Shown: positions 36,804 to 47,300 of the stretch, in pieces
Layout of the letters: each line of letters begins with the position of its first letter
How positions within the stretch are numbered: position 1 is the first letter of the stretch
Assembly (NCBI GenBank): GCA_024408095.1
Contig: JAKSVI010000003.1
Location: 2,346-66,345, forward strand
Source: Bacilli bacterium
Lineage (GTDB): Bacteria; Bacillota_I; Bacilli_A; RFN20; CAG-826
Direction of reading: 5' to 3'
DNA: 64,000 bases
Translations under genes and position numbers: made by a program
The notes under the pieces: model-generated
What the model saw: only the letters and a program-made list of their open reading frames with translations
What the model was told of the DNA's origin: nothing
Database searches by the model: none

Positions 36804-39299
36804 ATGAGACATAAAATTAGCACTTCCATTTTGATATCAACATTACTGATTGGACTGAGTTCTGCAGGGATTTTGTTAAGCAATAAGCCAATTCCCAATA
36901 CATATGTAGAAACAGAAGCAACAAATCCTGAAGTAATGAAAATCAATGGACCTGTTTATGCTCCTTATAGCGGAAATTACTACGATTCAATTACTGCAAC
37001 AAGCGGTAAAGCTTTAAGAAATCAATTAACAGATTTGATTGATGGCCATACTGTAATTGGATATAAAAATTTAGAAACTGTTTATTATGATAGCGATTCA
37101 AGACCAGACGGAACTGTTTGGGATGTGTATGGCGATATTGACTATGATTTTTCTGATACCGGCCAATATTCAAAAGTTGGAGATTCATGGAATAAAGAAC
37201 ATGGAATTCCACAATCTTGGTTCGGCGAAGCGTCACCAATGAAGAGTGATGCATATCATGTTTATCCAACTGATGGATACATAAACAATTGGCGTGGAAA
37301 TATGCCACTTGGAGAAGTTAATACTGTCAGTAAAAGTTATACATTTAAAGGCACCTATGTTGAAGGCGTTTCGAAGTTGGGAACTAGCAAAACTTCTGGT
37401 ATATCTGGAACTGTTTTTGAACCTGCAGATTGCTATAAAGGAGATTTTGCTCGCTCATATTTCTATTTTGTAACTAGATACGCAAGCCAATGTGCTAGTG
37501 GAGCATGTAATAAATCATCTGAAGCAAATAAAGTTCTTACTAAAGATGACACTTATTTTCATTTAACGAAAGCTGCTGCAGATTTATTTTATAAATGGCA
37601 TAAACAAGATCCTGTAAGCCAAAAAGAAGTCAATAGATGTAATGGCATTCAACAACATCAAAAAAATAGAAATCCTTACATCGATCACCCTGAATATGTT
37701 GATGCTATTTGGGGAGATACACCTGTCCAAAAAGTTGATCCAACTGCTTTTGATTTTGAGAAAGATGAAGTTACTTTAATAAAAGATGAAACATTCAAAT
37801 TAGATGTAATTCCAACTCCAAGTAATGCAAATACCTCTGCAAATTGGGCATCTTTAGACACAAATATAGCAAGAGTCAATGATGGTTTGGTTACCGCTGT
37901 TGGTATTGGAACAACATATATAACTGCAACTAGTAAAGTAGTTCCAACAGTTAGTGCCTCATGCAAAATAACTGTTAAAGAGTTATCATCAATTTCTTTG
38001 TCTGGAACCGCAACTCAAACTGACTATTTTGAAGGAGATATTTTTAATCCTGATGGTATAACTGTTACTGCAAAATATACAGATGATAGTACATCAATTA
38101 TTGATAACTCACAATGTACTTGGGTTGATGGAAACACAGGCATTCAATATCTTTCTGTGGGAACAACCTTTGTTATTTGTAACTACCAAAATAAACAAGA
38201 ATCTTATCGCGGCATTACGGTTTCAGAGTCTCAGGGTGGATCTATAGAAATTGATATTAATTCTATTGAAGGACTATCAACTAAATATGCTTGGTATGAT
38301 TGGTCTAGTAATAACATCGAAGGTTCAATATATGCCTACCTTAGTAATAAAAATACAATTCAGATGAATAGCAGTAAGACCGCAAATATAATTTTTAATT
38401 CAAACGCTTTGCCTGGAAGAATAACAAAAGTAACAGTATATTCTGCAACAGGCACTCCAAAAGTTGAGGTTCGAACAAATAACGAGGCATTTGGAAAATG
38501 CAAAAATCCAACTACAGGAACTAGTGGCGGGCAAAAGAATGTTTCAACAACAGGAGTGACTTGGGAATTTACAACTCTTGATAAATATTTCGCAATTGTC
38601 GCTAGCGATGGTGTTTGCTATTTCTCAAAGTTTGTTATTGAATATGGAAACAAATCTCCAGACCCAGAAGTTCATGTCACCAGTGTTAATGTTTCTCCTT
38701 CTTATTTGTCTTTAAAAATCAATGATTCATATCAACTCACAACTGTTGTATTGCCAAGCAACGCAACTGATAAATCTTTAAGATATGTAAGCACTGATGA
38801 TAAGATTGTTTCTGTTTCAAATTCTGGTGAAATTCAAGCAATTAATGCAGGAACTGCAACGATTTCGGCCATTTCTAATGATGTTCCTACTATTTTTGGC
38901 ACATGCACAGTTGTTGTGGAAAATGACTATATTGAATTAGATGCAAACTCAAAATCGTTATTAGTCGGAGAGACAACAACTATCAATGTTGTCAGGGCAA
39001 GTAGAGAAGTTTCTTGGTCTTGTAATGATGACTCAATTATTAGAATAGCTGGTAGTAATACTGGTTGCCTTATTGAAGCCTTAAAACCTGGTAATGTTAC
39101 TCTAACTGCAACAGTTGGGGGGCAATCAGCATCTGTGAATGTTATAGTGAAAGAAGTTCCAGTTCCACCTCCAACTCCACCCGCTCCCAAAAAAGGGTGT
39201 GGTGGAGAGATTGCATCAACAAGTGCGATAATTGCTTTACTATCTATTTTTGGTGTAGGCATAATTTTATTAAGAAAAAAACAAAAACATGAGAAATAA
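36804..39299 (+). CDS. membrane-anchored endonuclease I with Big_2 repeats and GCGG-type C-terminal anchor
   Basis: N-terminal signal/anchor. Endonuclease I motifs WNKEHGIPQSW, DAYHVYP and NRNPYIDHP. At least three Big_2-like segments (e.g. IARVNDGLVTAVGIGTTYITA). The C-terminus is GCGGEIASTS + TM + RKKQKHEK. Confidence 0.85.
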   Translation: MRHKISTSILISTLLIGLSSAGILLSNKPIPNTYVETEATNPEVMKINGPVYAPYSGNYYDSITATSGKALRNQLTDLIDGHTVIGYKNLETVYYDSDSRPDGTVWDVYGDIDYDFSDTGQYSKVGDSWNKEHGIPQSWFGEASPMKSDAYHVYPTDGYINNWRGNMPLGEVNTVSKSYTFKGTYVEGVSKLGTSKTSGISGTVFEPADCYKGDFARSYFYFVTRYASQCASGACNKSSEANKVLTKDDTYFHLTKAAADLFYKWHKQDPVSQKEVNRCNGIQQHQKNRNPYIDHPEYVDAIWGDTPVQKVDPTAFDFEKDEVTLIKDETFKLDVIPTPSNANTSANWASLDTNIARVNDGLVTAVGIGTTYITATSKVVPTVSASCKITVKELSSISLSGTATQTDYFEGDIFNPDGITVTAKYTDDSTSIIDNSQCTWVDGNTGIQYLSVGTTFVICNYQNKQESYRGITVSESQGGSIEIDINSIEGLSTKYAWYDWSSNNIEGSIYAYLSNKNTIQMNSSKTANIIFNSNALPGRITKVTVYSATGTPKVEVRTNNEAFGKCKNPTTGTSGGQKNVSTTGVTWEFTTLDKYFAIVASDGVCYFSKFVIEYGNKSPDPEVHVTSVNVSPSYLSLKINDSYQLTTVVLPSNATDKSLRYVSTDDKIVSVSNSGEIQAINAGTATISAISNDVPTIFGTCTVVVENDYIELDANSKSLLVGETTTINVVRASREVSWSCNDDSIIRIAGSNTGCLIEALKPGNVTLTATVGGQSASVNVIVKEVPVPPPTPPAPKKGCGGEIASTSAIIALLSIFGVGIILLRKKQKHEK
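39195..39296 (+). other. 34-aa C-terminal tripartite signal (GCGG box, TM helix, basic tail), copy 1
   Basis: GCGGEIASTSAIIALLSIFGVGIILLRKKQKHEK. Same length and layout as the tail of the S8 protease. Confidence 0.6.
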
Positions 39300-39320
39300 A
39301 GTTAGGATTTATACCTAAAA

Positions 39321-39385
39321 AATGAGATTAAAACTATTTATATGTATTACTCAATTTGTCTCAATAAAGGGGATTTGCAGAGTTT
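39321..39385 (+). promoter_or_regulatory. conserved 5'-leader motif, copy B (unknown function)
   Basis: AATGAGAT-N23-TCAATTTGTCTCAATA-N5-GATTTGCAGAG-TTTTT. About 30 of 37 core positions match copy A at 9000-9036. Confidence 0.35.
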
Positions 39386-39411
39386 TTAACTAAAATTGTA
39401 GGAAATAATAT

Positions 39412-39825
39412 ATGTTTAAAATTTTAAGATGGTATCAAGAAACATGGAAATCTAATATTATTGCTTTTTTGATTGTTTCAGCAATTGGAATTGGTGGTTT
39501 TTGTCTGGTTTATTATTTGCAAAATCAAACTGTTGTTGCTGGAGCTAATGCTAGCGCAGTTGCTTTTGCTTTAACTGGAGCTACTTGTGCGTTCAGCATA
39601 CTTAACCGATTTGGAGCTTTTGATACCTTGGCTTATGGCGGTACTATGTTCATTAGAATGTTCTCATATAAACAAGAAAAAAAATATGATGATCTTGTTC
39701 AATATAAGAAAGTAAAATACGCGAAAAGATGTAAAAATTATTACTATGTCACATATGGCTTTATTGCGATTGTGTTTTTAGTGATATTAATTATTTTTGA
39801 GGTTAAATATCGCTCTATAATTTGA
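39412..39825 (+). CDS. small membrane protein (DUF3899-like)
   Basis: Three hydrophobic helices. The NRFGAFDTLAYGGTMFIRMF segment resembles DUF3899. Weak assignment. Confidence 0.55.
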   Translation: MFKILRWYQETWKSNIIAFLIVSAIGIGGFCLVYYLQNQTVVAGANASAVAFALTGATCAFSILNRFGAFDTLAYGGTMFIRMFSYKQEKKYDDLVQYKKVKYAKRCKNYYYVTYGFIAIVFLVILIIFEVKYRSII

Positions 39826-39850
39826 TTTTTTTATATTTATATAAGCAACC

Positions 39851-39880
39851 AAACTCATGAAAAAAAATGAGTTTTTTTCT
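39851..39880 (+). terminator. intrinsic terminator
   Basis: AAACTCAT-GAAAAAAA-ATGAGTTT followed by TTTTCTTT. Confidence 0.65.
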
Positions 39881-39958
39881 TTATTTGTGTGTGCAACGTG
39901 TTATATATTATATACAATATACACTCTTGCGGGCGTATATGAAAAAGGAGGTTAAGAT

Positions 39959-42900
39959 ATGAAACCTATCAAATTATTCGCAGCAGCTTTAGCCGCTGGA
40001 TTATTAGCAATCCCAGCTGGAATTACTGCTCAACCATGCGAAGTAAAGGCTAACGATGCTCGTATTATCGTTGAAGTCGACAAAGCACTTGATGGTTTAT
40101 CTAATGAAGGCATCATTAATTCTCAAGATTCAGTCATTAGTAACATTAAGAGATTTGTTTCTTCTAACGTTAAACTCGAAACACGTTATTCTGTGCTTGC
40201 AAATGCTTTCTTGCTTTCAGTTAACAGCGAGGATATTGATTTAATTAAACAAGTCCCAGGTGTTAAAAGTGTTACAGTTGACAAACTACACTTCACTGAA
40301 ACTTATGATGGAGCCAAAAACGTCACGATTTATAGAGATGGCGGATCCAGCAAATATTCAGAAAGCGACAACATTTCAGGAATTACAATGAATGCACCTG
40401 AATTATCCAAAACAAGAGGTGGCGAAGGCGTCGCTATCGCTATTCTTGATAACGAATTCATGCTCAAGAAAAATTCCGCTGGTGTCATTAACAAAGAATA
40501 TACACACGAGACTTTTAACGATTTAAAGGTTGGTATAAAAACAAAATTTACACAAGATAGCATTGCTACAATCGTGAAAAATGCTGGTGATTCATTCCAT
40601 GGAAAACCAGGTTCTGCAAAAAATGAAACCACATATTTCAATAAAAAGGTTCCATTCTATTACGATTATGGTGGAGATACAACTTCTCCAAATGCTCAAG
40701 GTATGCCAGATTTCGATACTTACAGTGATGTTGCTGCCCATGGTAGCCACGTTGCAAGTATTGCCGCAGGTAATGGTGATACCTACAAAGGACTTGCTCC
40801 AAATGCACAATTAATTTGTATGAAAGTCTTTACAGTTTATGAACCAACTGAAGCTTTTAAAGCTATTGGTGCTGCTGGAGGTAGTGGAGCTTATGATTCA
40901 GCTATATTCAATGCCCTTGAAGATTGCATTACATTAGGTGTTGATGCAATTAACATGTCCTTAGGTAGTGATTTAGATGACTTTGATCAAGATTCCCTTA
41001 CATTAAGAACATTAAGGAGCATGCAAGATAAAGGAATTATCGCATGTATTGCTGCTGGTAACTCAGGTAAATCAGCCTATTCATTCACCGGTGCTTATGG
41101 TAACTGGACTGGTGATATGGTTGAAACTGGTATTATGTCTAGTTATGCTAACGTTCCAACAACAATGACTGTTGCAGCTGGTGTTCCTCTTGCAACATAC
41201 TTTGAAACCGCTGTTAACGTAAACAACGTTTCTATTCAATATGAAGACCAAGTTAAAAATAGAGACGATGACGATACAACCTTCCGTGAAGAAGACCAAA
41301 AATATATTTGGGATTTAACTCAAGATGGAACGATTACTGATTTCGAATTTGTTAAAGTTCCAGGATATGGCGAAGCCAAAGATTATGCCGCAATAGATGT
41401 TAGAGGCAAAATTGCTGTTGTTGATCGTGGATCTATTGATTTTGAAACCAAAGTCAAGAACGCTTATGGAAAAGGTGCAATTGCAGTCTTTATTATTGAT
41501 AACGACCCAACCGCTACCGAATTTTCATTTAGATGTTCATTCGGTACTTACGTTCCAGAAATTCCAGTTGCGCTAACTCTTTATAAGAATAGACCAACAT
41601 GGATTGATGCTGATCATGGTACATTAACTGTTATTAAAGACCAAATTCTTGATAACACAAATCCATACACCGCAGCTACATTCTCTACTGATGGTGCAAC
41701 ATACAATTATGATTTAAAACCAGATATTACAACTCCTGGTGAAGGTATTAAAGGTGCTGTTCCACCATACGATAAGAACAAATATAAAGATGTTTCTAAG
41801 TATAGAACACAATACGAATGGTACAGTGGTACATCAATGGCATGTCCTAACTACTGTGGTGTTGTGGCCTTAATGTTAGGTGAACATACAAATGAAGATC
41901 CTACTTCTTATAGAGCATTTAAAGATTCTCTCAACATGAGAGTTCAATCTACCGCTACTCCAATGGTGGAAAATAATGCTCATAATGTTGAAGTATATAC
42001 ATCACCTCGTATTCAAGGTGCAGGTATGGCAAACGTTGGCAACGCTATGACTTCTCAAGTTTATTTAGAAGGATTAACACAAACTGGCGAGCCAACTGCA
42101 AGAGGTAAAGTTTGCTTATACAATAATAGTGATATTGCTAACGGAAACTTAAAAGTTTCAGTTAGAGGACATAACGAAACAGATAAAGATGTTAAATATA
42201 ACGCTAAATTAGTTATTCAATATCCTGATGTTGTTGAAACAAACGATATCATTCAATCCGATTACAACAACATGGGTGAATTAAATACTTATGTTGAATT
42301 AGTCGGAAGTGCTAACGTTCCAGCTAAATGGATTATTGATGGAGCAGAAGTTGTTAACGAAGACTTCTGTGATGATCCTCTTGATGGCAAATACATCAAA
42401 GGTGTCGATGTTTCATTACTCAAAGTAAATGATGCATATAAAGTCAAAACCATCGATGAAAAATATTATTTAGGTGGCACATTAGAAGCAAATCAAAAAG
42501 CATTCTATTTCACTGGTGCAACATTACCAGATGGCTCAATTGATAGAGCAAATTGCTGGCAACATGTACCATTTAAACAATATCAATCAGTTAAAGATCA
42601 AATTCTTGCTGAAACAACTCCAACAACTGTCACATTCAAAAGTGATTCCTCATTAATTATCGGTAATGAAAACGACATTACTATTCCATATGAAATCACT
42701 GCTGAACAAAAGAAAAAAATCAACGATTTCTATAATTATGGATGTGCTATTGAAGGATATCTAGTTTTAGAACCAATTGATGAGAATGAAGGTGTCGTAT
42801 TAAACGTTCCATTCCTCGGATTCTATGGTGACTATTCAAAAGCCCCAGCAGTTGAACCATTCTTCTTTGAAAAAGAAGTTGGAAAAATTTATCCATCTGA

Positions 42901-44302
42901 TTTACTAAATGATTTCGCTAAAAACACAATGGCGAAAGATAACACAGATTGTTCAAGTACTTGGATTGCTGGATATGCAACTTCTCCAGGTGATATCTAC
43001 ATTGATGGAGTTACCAAAAATGATGATAGCTTCAGAGCTTGGACAGAAAAAGGTAATAACTGGTACAAAGCTGGTACAGATCCATTAACTGGTGAAGTGA
43101 CTCGCGATGCTGATGGAAAAGTTGTTATCTACGCGGGTAACAGCAGAAAATCTAACACCATGATTATTCAACAAACTGTATTAAGAAGTGTTAGCAAAAA
43201 CAAAGTTACAATCACTTCTTCCACAGGCCAAGTTGTATATGAAGGATATTTCACAGAAAATATCGGATATGGCGATGAAAGTGAACTTTATAAGTCTCAC
43301 GCAATGGCATCTACATACATTGCCCACCGCGCACAGATTATTATTCCTTTATACAATAAGGCAACCGGTGAAATGTTCCCTGATGGTGAATACACAATCA
43401 GCATGAAATATACATTAGCTGGTGTTACTGATGACAGAAGCACAATCGTTCCAGAAAATGAACAAGAACTCAGATACAAATTGATAATGGATAACACACC
43501 AAGTGAATTATCAGTTGAATCTAGTGAAGGTAATATCGCCATTAAAAATAGTGCTGGCGAAGTAACTGGTCATACTACTGGAAAAGTCTTAAAAGTTAAT
43601 GTTAAGGAACAAGCATTATCATCATTAGTATTTGATAAGACAACCATTAGACCACGTTCAAGCACTAATCCAGATAAAGAAGGATACTATGGTTTCTACA
43701 AAAATAGTGATGGAACATATAGCTATGAAATCGGAGCTAACGATGCTGCTAAAGTTACACAGAAAAATAAAGGCAGATTAACAGTTGAATCAGTTGATAT
43801 GGCTCATGGCACAAACTGCTTCATCCTCAGTGGATATACAGCAGATTGTGATCCAACATTACTCCCAAGTATCTCTTCTAATTCATTAGATGCTGGAGTA
43901 AACTTCGAATTCCAAGTTAATGCTGCTAAAGATTATATTTCTGTAAACGTGTTCACATATGATTCACGTGGACACGAAGTGCCATTAACATTGACTCAAC
44001 CAATTGATGTTACATTCTGCTTAGAAGATGTACTTGGTAGAAGCAACTTAGATAACGTCAAAATATATGATGGTAACACTCAAGAAAGAGTCCAAGTCAC
44101 AGCAGAAATTAGAACTGTTGGTGACAAACACTTAGCCACCATTAAAACACAAACAGGCACAATTAAATTAGAATATCCTGCTGCACCTAGCAATAATGGT
44201 TGTGGCGGAAACATTGCTGCTACAAGCACACTCATTAGCTTATTAGCAGTATGTGGAATAGGAATTATCCTATTAAACAAGAAAAAACATATTGAAGAGT
44301 AG
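39959..44302 (+). CDS. cell-envelope S8 (subtilisin-family) serine protease with PA domain and GCGG-type C-terminal anchor
   Basis: AAAGGAGG RBS and a signal peptide. Catalytic Asp (VAIAILDNEF), His (HGSHVASIAAG), Asn (AAGNSG) and Ser (SGTSMACPN). PA-domain insert GKIAVVDRGSIDFETKVKNAYGKGAIAVFIIDN. Lactocepin/C5a-peptidase-like size. Confidence 0.9.
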   Translation: MKPIKLFAAALAAGLLAIPAGITAQPCEVKANDARIIVEVDKALDGLSNEGIINSQDSVISNIKRFVSSNVKLETRYSVLANAFLLSVNSEDIDLIKQVPGVKSVTVDKLHFTETYDGAKNVTIYRDGGSSKYSESDNISGITMNAPELSKTRGGEGVAIAILDNEFMLKKNSAGVINKEYTHETFNDLKVGIKTKFTQDSIATIVKNAGDSFHGKPGSAKNETTYFNKKVPFYYDYGGDTTSPNAQGMPDFDTYSDVAAHGSHVASIAAGNGDTYKGLAPNAQLICMKVFTVYEPTEAFKAIGAAGGSGAYDSAIFNALEDCITLGVDAINMSLGSDLDDFDQDSLTLRTLRSMQDKGIIACIAAGNSGKSAYSFTGAYGNWTGDMVETGIMSSYANVPTTMTVAAGVPLATYFETAVNVNNVSIQYEDQVKNRDDDDTTFREEDQKYIWDLTQDGTITDFEFVKVPGYGEAKDYAAIDVRGKIAVVDRGSIDFETKVKNAYGKGAIAVFIIDNDPTATEFSFRCSFGTYVPEIPVALTLYKNRPTWIDADHGTLTVIKDQILDNTNPYTAATFSTDGATYNYDLKPDITTPGEGIKGAVPPYDKNKYKDVSKYRTQYEWYSGTSMACPNYCGVVALMLGEHTNEDPTSYRAFKDSLNMRVQSTATPMVENNAHNVEVYTSPRIQGAGMANVGNAMTSQVYLEGLTQTGEPTARGKVCLYNNSDIANGNLKVSVRGHNETDKDVKYNAKLVIQYPDVVETNDIIQSDYNNMGELNTYVELVGSANVPAKWIIDGAEVVNEDFCDDPLDGKYIKGVDVSLLKVNDAYKVKTIDEKYYLGGTLEANQKAFYFTGATLPDGSIDRANCWQHVPFKQYQSVKDQILAETTPTTVTFKSDSSLIIGNENDITIPYEITAEQKKKINDFYNYGCAIEGYLVLEPIDENEGVVLNVPFLGFYGDYSKAPAVEPFFFEKEVGKIYPSDLLNDFAKNTMAKDNTDCSSTWIAGYATSPGDIYIDGVTKNDDSFRAWTEKGNNWYKAGTDPLTGEVTRDADGKVVIYAGNSRKSNTMIIQQTVLRSVSKNKVTITSSTGQVVYEGYFTENIGYGDESELYKSHAMASTYIAHRAQIIIPLYNKATGEMFPDGEYTISMKYTLAGVTDDRSTIVPENEQELRYKLIMDNTPSELSVESSEGNIAIKNSAGEVTGHTTGKVLKVNVKEQALSSLVFDKTTIRPRSSTNPDKEGYYGFYKNSDGTYSYEIGANDAAKVTQKNKGRLTVESVDMAHGTNCFILSGYTADCDPTLLPSISSNSLDAGVNFEFQVNAAKDYISVNVFTYDSRGHEVPLTLTQPIDVTFCLEDVLGRSNLDNVKIYDGNTQERVQVTAEIRTVGDKHLATIKTQTGTIKLEYPAAPSNNGCGGNIAATSTLISLLAVCGIGIILLNKKKHIEE
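44198..44299 (+). other. 34-aa C-terminal tripartite signal (GCGG box, TM helix, basic tail), copy 2
   Basis: GCGGNIAATSTLISLLAVCGIGIILLNKKKHIEE. Confidence 0.6.
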
Positions 44303-44321
44303 TGAAAGGAGAAAATAGATT

Positions 44322-47300
44322 ATGAAAAAATTTAGTAAAATTTCATTAGCTGCTTTAGTATTTACCACTGTTGGAGTTGCTGTCATTGGCTGTGACAATC
44401 ATAGTGGTGGAGGTTCTGAGCCAAGCTTTGATGATAAAGCCTTGTCTTTCTCATTAAGTGTTAATAATGGTTCAAATATTCTTAAAACAGATGAAGAATA
44501 TAAAATCAATGTCATTATTCAAACGCCAGATTTAGATTATGATCCAAAATTCACCTATGATTTAGAAAACTACTATTTCGAATATGGTGAAGATCCTACA
44601 ACTAAAGAACCTTATGTCTATGAAGCTAACGTTTGGGAATACATGGATTTAATTCAAAAAGCAGATGGATATTATGTTAAGCCATTAAAATCCACCGTCA
44701 TCACATTTAAAGGTGAAGATGGAGATTTCCATACTTTCAATGATGGGTTTGATATTAAAGTTGAAGGCAAACAGCCAACTTCTTCAGGTCTTGATAAGAA
44801 AGTTACTCAATATTATCCAGTTAGAGCCACCAGCGCTTCCCAAGCAGAAGGTGGATATAACTATTCAACTTTAAAATATGGTGATGAAGATCCATCCACT
44901 GAAATTCTTGGTAAACTTGAAAAATACGCGATGGATAACCATTTAACTGGTATCTCATTATTCGAAGATAGCGGTTATATTTGCTACAATTCACGTGTTA
45001 AATCACCAAATGAATTTAAATACTTAACTAACTATGGTTTTGGTATTCTTTCCGATGGCAAAATCGAAGGTACATTAAGTGGTGATGAAGGTAAATACAA
45101 ACCAGCATATTACCACACTCAAAGCGCTAGCAACCCACAAACTATCAACGCTTTAAATAACCAAGGTAGTGAAGTTTCTAGTTTATATGATTACATTTCT
45201 TCAAGCTACTACAGCATGAAGTTAAATGATGAGAAAAATAACTCTATTTGGTATCCAGTTTTAGCAAGCAATATTGCTAGACAAGTTAATGGCCCAATTG
45301 CTTCAACTGCTGATGGCACTGAAACAGGTTTAACAACCTCTACATGTTGGAAAATTTACGTCAAATGTAAAGAAAATAAAACTCTTTCTACAGGCGCACA
45401 TGATGATAAATTAACATATGGATATAAAGGCAGAAGAGTCGATTCCAACTATGTTTCATTCGATGGAAGAGAAGTTTCTATCGACGATTATTTATTTGCC
45501 TATCAACTTCTTTTAACCGGACACCACAACTATTTCCGTGGTAGTGAACTCGCTGGAGATACAACTTATGGTATCGTTGGAGCAGCAATATTCAATTCAC
45601 GTACAAAAGTTGCTGCAACTCCAGAAAAAGAAAAAGAATTATTTAATTCATATGTTGGAGTTAAAAAAGGCCACGATGATGATGGATATTTCATCACAAT
45701 CAACCTTTTAAATCCTGTTGATCAATTTACAGCAATGTACACATTATCAAGTTCATTATATTGCCCTGTTCCAGAAGATTTTGTTAGACAAGTTGGACCA
45801 GCCTATTATGGTACAAACACTGGAACAGATTATAAAATTACTGATAATATCTTATCTCTTGCTCCATACACACTTGAATTATGGGACGATCAAAACATCG
45901 ACTTTGTCCGTAATCCAAATTGGCAAGAATTCTTAGCCACTGACGCTGAGGATGATGTTAAAGGTAAAGGTACAATTTCTCATTATCCAGGCACAAAAGG
46001 CCGTTATTCTATTGCTGGAGTTACTAACAGAATTAACACTGCTTTAGCAAGCGATCCAAATGCTTTATTTAAAAACTACTTAAGTAACAACGTTGATGCT
46101 GCTTCAATTCCTGTTGCATATTTAAACGATGTTACAACCGATTACCGCAGTATGGGTCATAAGAGTGAAGGTTCTTCAGTCTTTAAGTTAAATATTAACT
46201 CCTGTACACAAGCTGAATGGGATAGCTTATTTGGCCCAAATGGCTCTAATCCAAAACATGTCAATAGTGAAAGTGAAAAATACACATGTAAACCATGGAT
46301 GAGCAATGACAACTTCTTAAATGGTTTAAACTTCTCTATTAACCGTAAACAATTCGCAGACAAACGTGGAGCAGATCCAAGCAACAATTACTTCTCTAAT
46401 TCATATATGTCTGATGCACGTAATTCAGTCTCATACAATAGCACTCCAGAACACGCAGAAGCGATGAAAAATTACTATCCTGAAACAAGTGGATATAACC
46501 AAACCGCTGCTCGTAGTTCATTTAAGAAAGCCATTGCTGAATTAGTTGACCAAAATGTTATTCAATATGGCACTTACAGCAATCCTACAGTATTAGATAT
46601 TGATATTTGGTGGATGTATGAAAGTGACAAGACCGACTATGGTGTTGAGATCGAAAACTACTTTACTGAATGTTTCAACGATCCAACTGTCTGTGGCGGT
46701 AAAGTTATCTTAAAAGTTAACCACTTCGCAGAAACTGCATGGGATAAAGTTTATAGCGCTCACTTACAAGTCGGTCAATTTGACTTAGGATTTGGTGCTA
46801 TTAGTGGTAACACATATAGCCCATTAAACTTCCTTGAAGTCTTAAAGAGCGATGATTCCTCAGGATTCACCCTCAACTGGGGTACTGATACTTCTGTTGC
46901 TGATCCAGCACTCGAATACGATGGCAAATACTGGTCATTTGATTCATTATGGACTGCTGCAGATCATGGTGGAATTTTCCATAATGGTGAAATTGTCACA
47001 ACATCTAAAGGCTATATTAATAAAGTATTTGATGAATTAGCAATTGATGAAAGTGGCTCTGTTATCGCCGGTGATTTATCCGCTGGTGGTAAAATCAAAA
47101 TCGATTACATCTTCGCTGATATCGTTGGTATCGTAGAAGATGATAAACGAGGTGTTAAATTTGAAATCGATAATATTCAATTATTTGCTTATGGTGATCA
47201 AGTCTTCACCTTCACTAAAGAAGATGGTGAATTATTAATTGAAAAAGACAGTGAACATCCAAATCAAGGTTCAGTAACTGTTATCATTTCTGCTCAAAGA

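Noticed and set aside
39857-39958. 33-aa hydrophobic ORF (MKKNEFFSLFVCATCYILYTIYTLAGVYEKGG) just upstream of the S8 protease gene
   Set aside because: Its start codon lies inside the terminator hairpin of the preceding gene and has no RBS. It is most likely chance.
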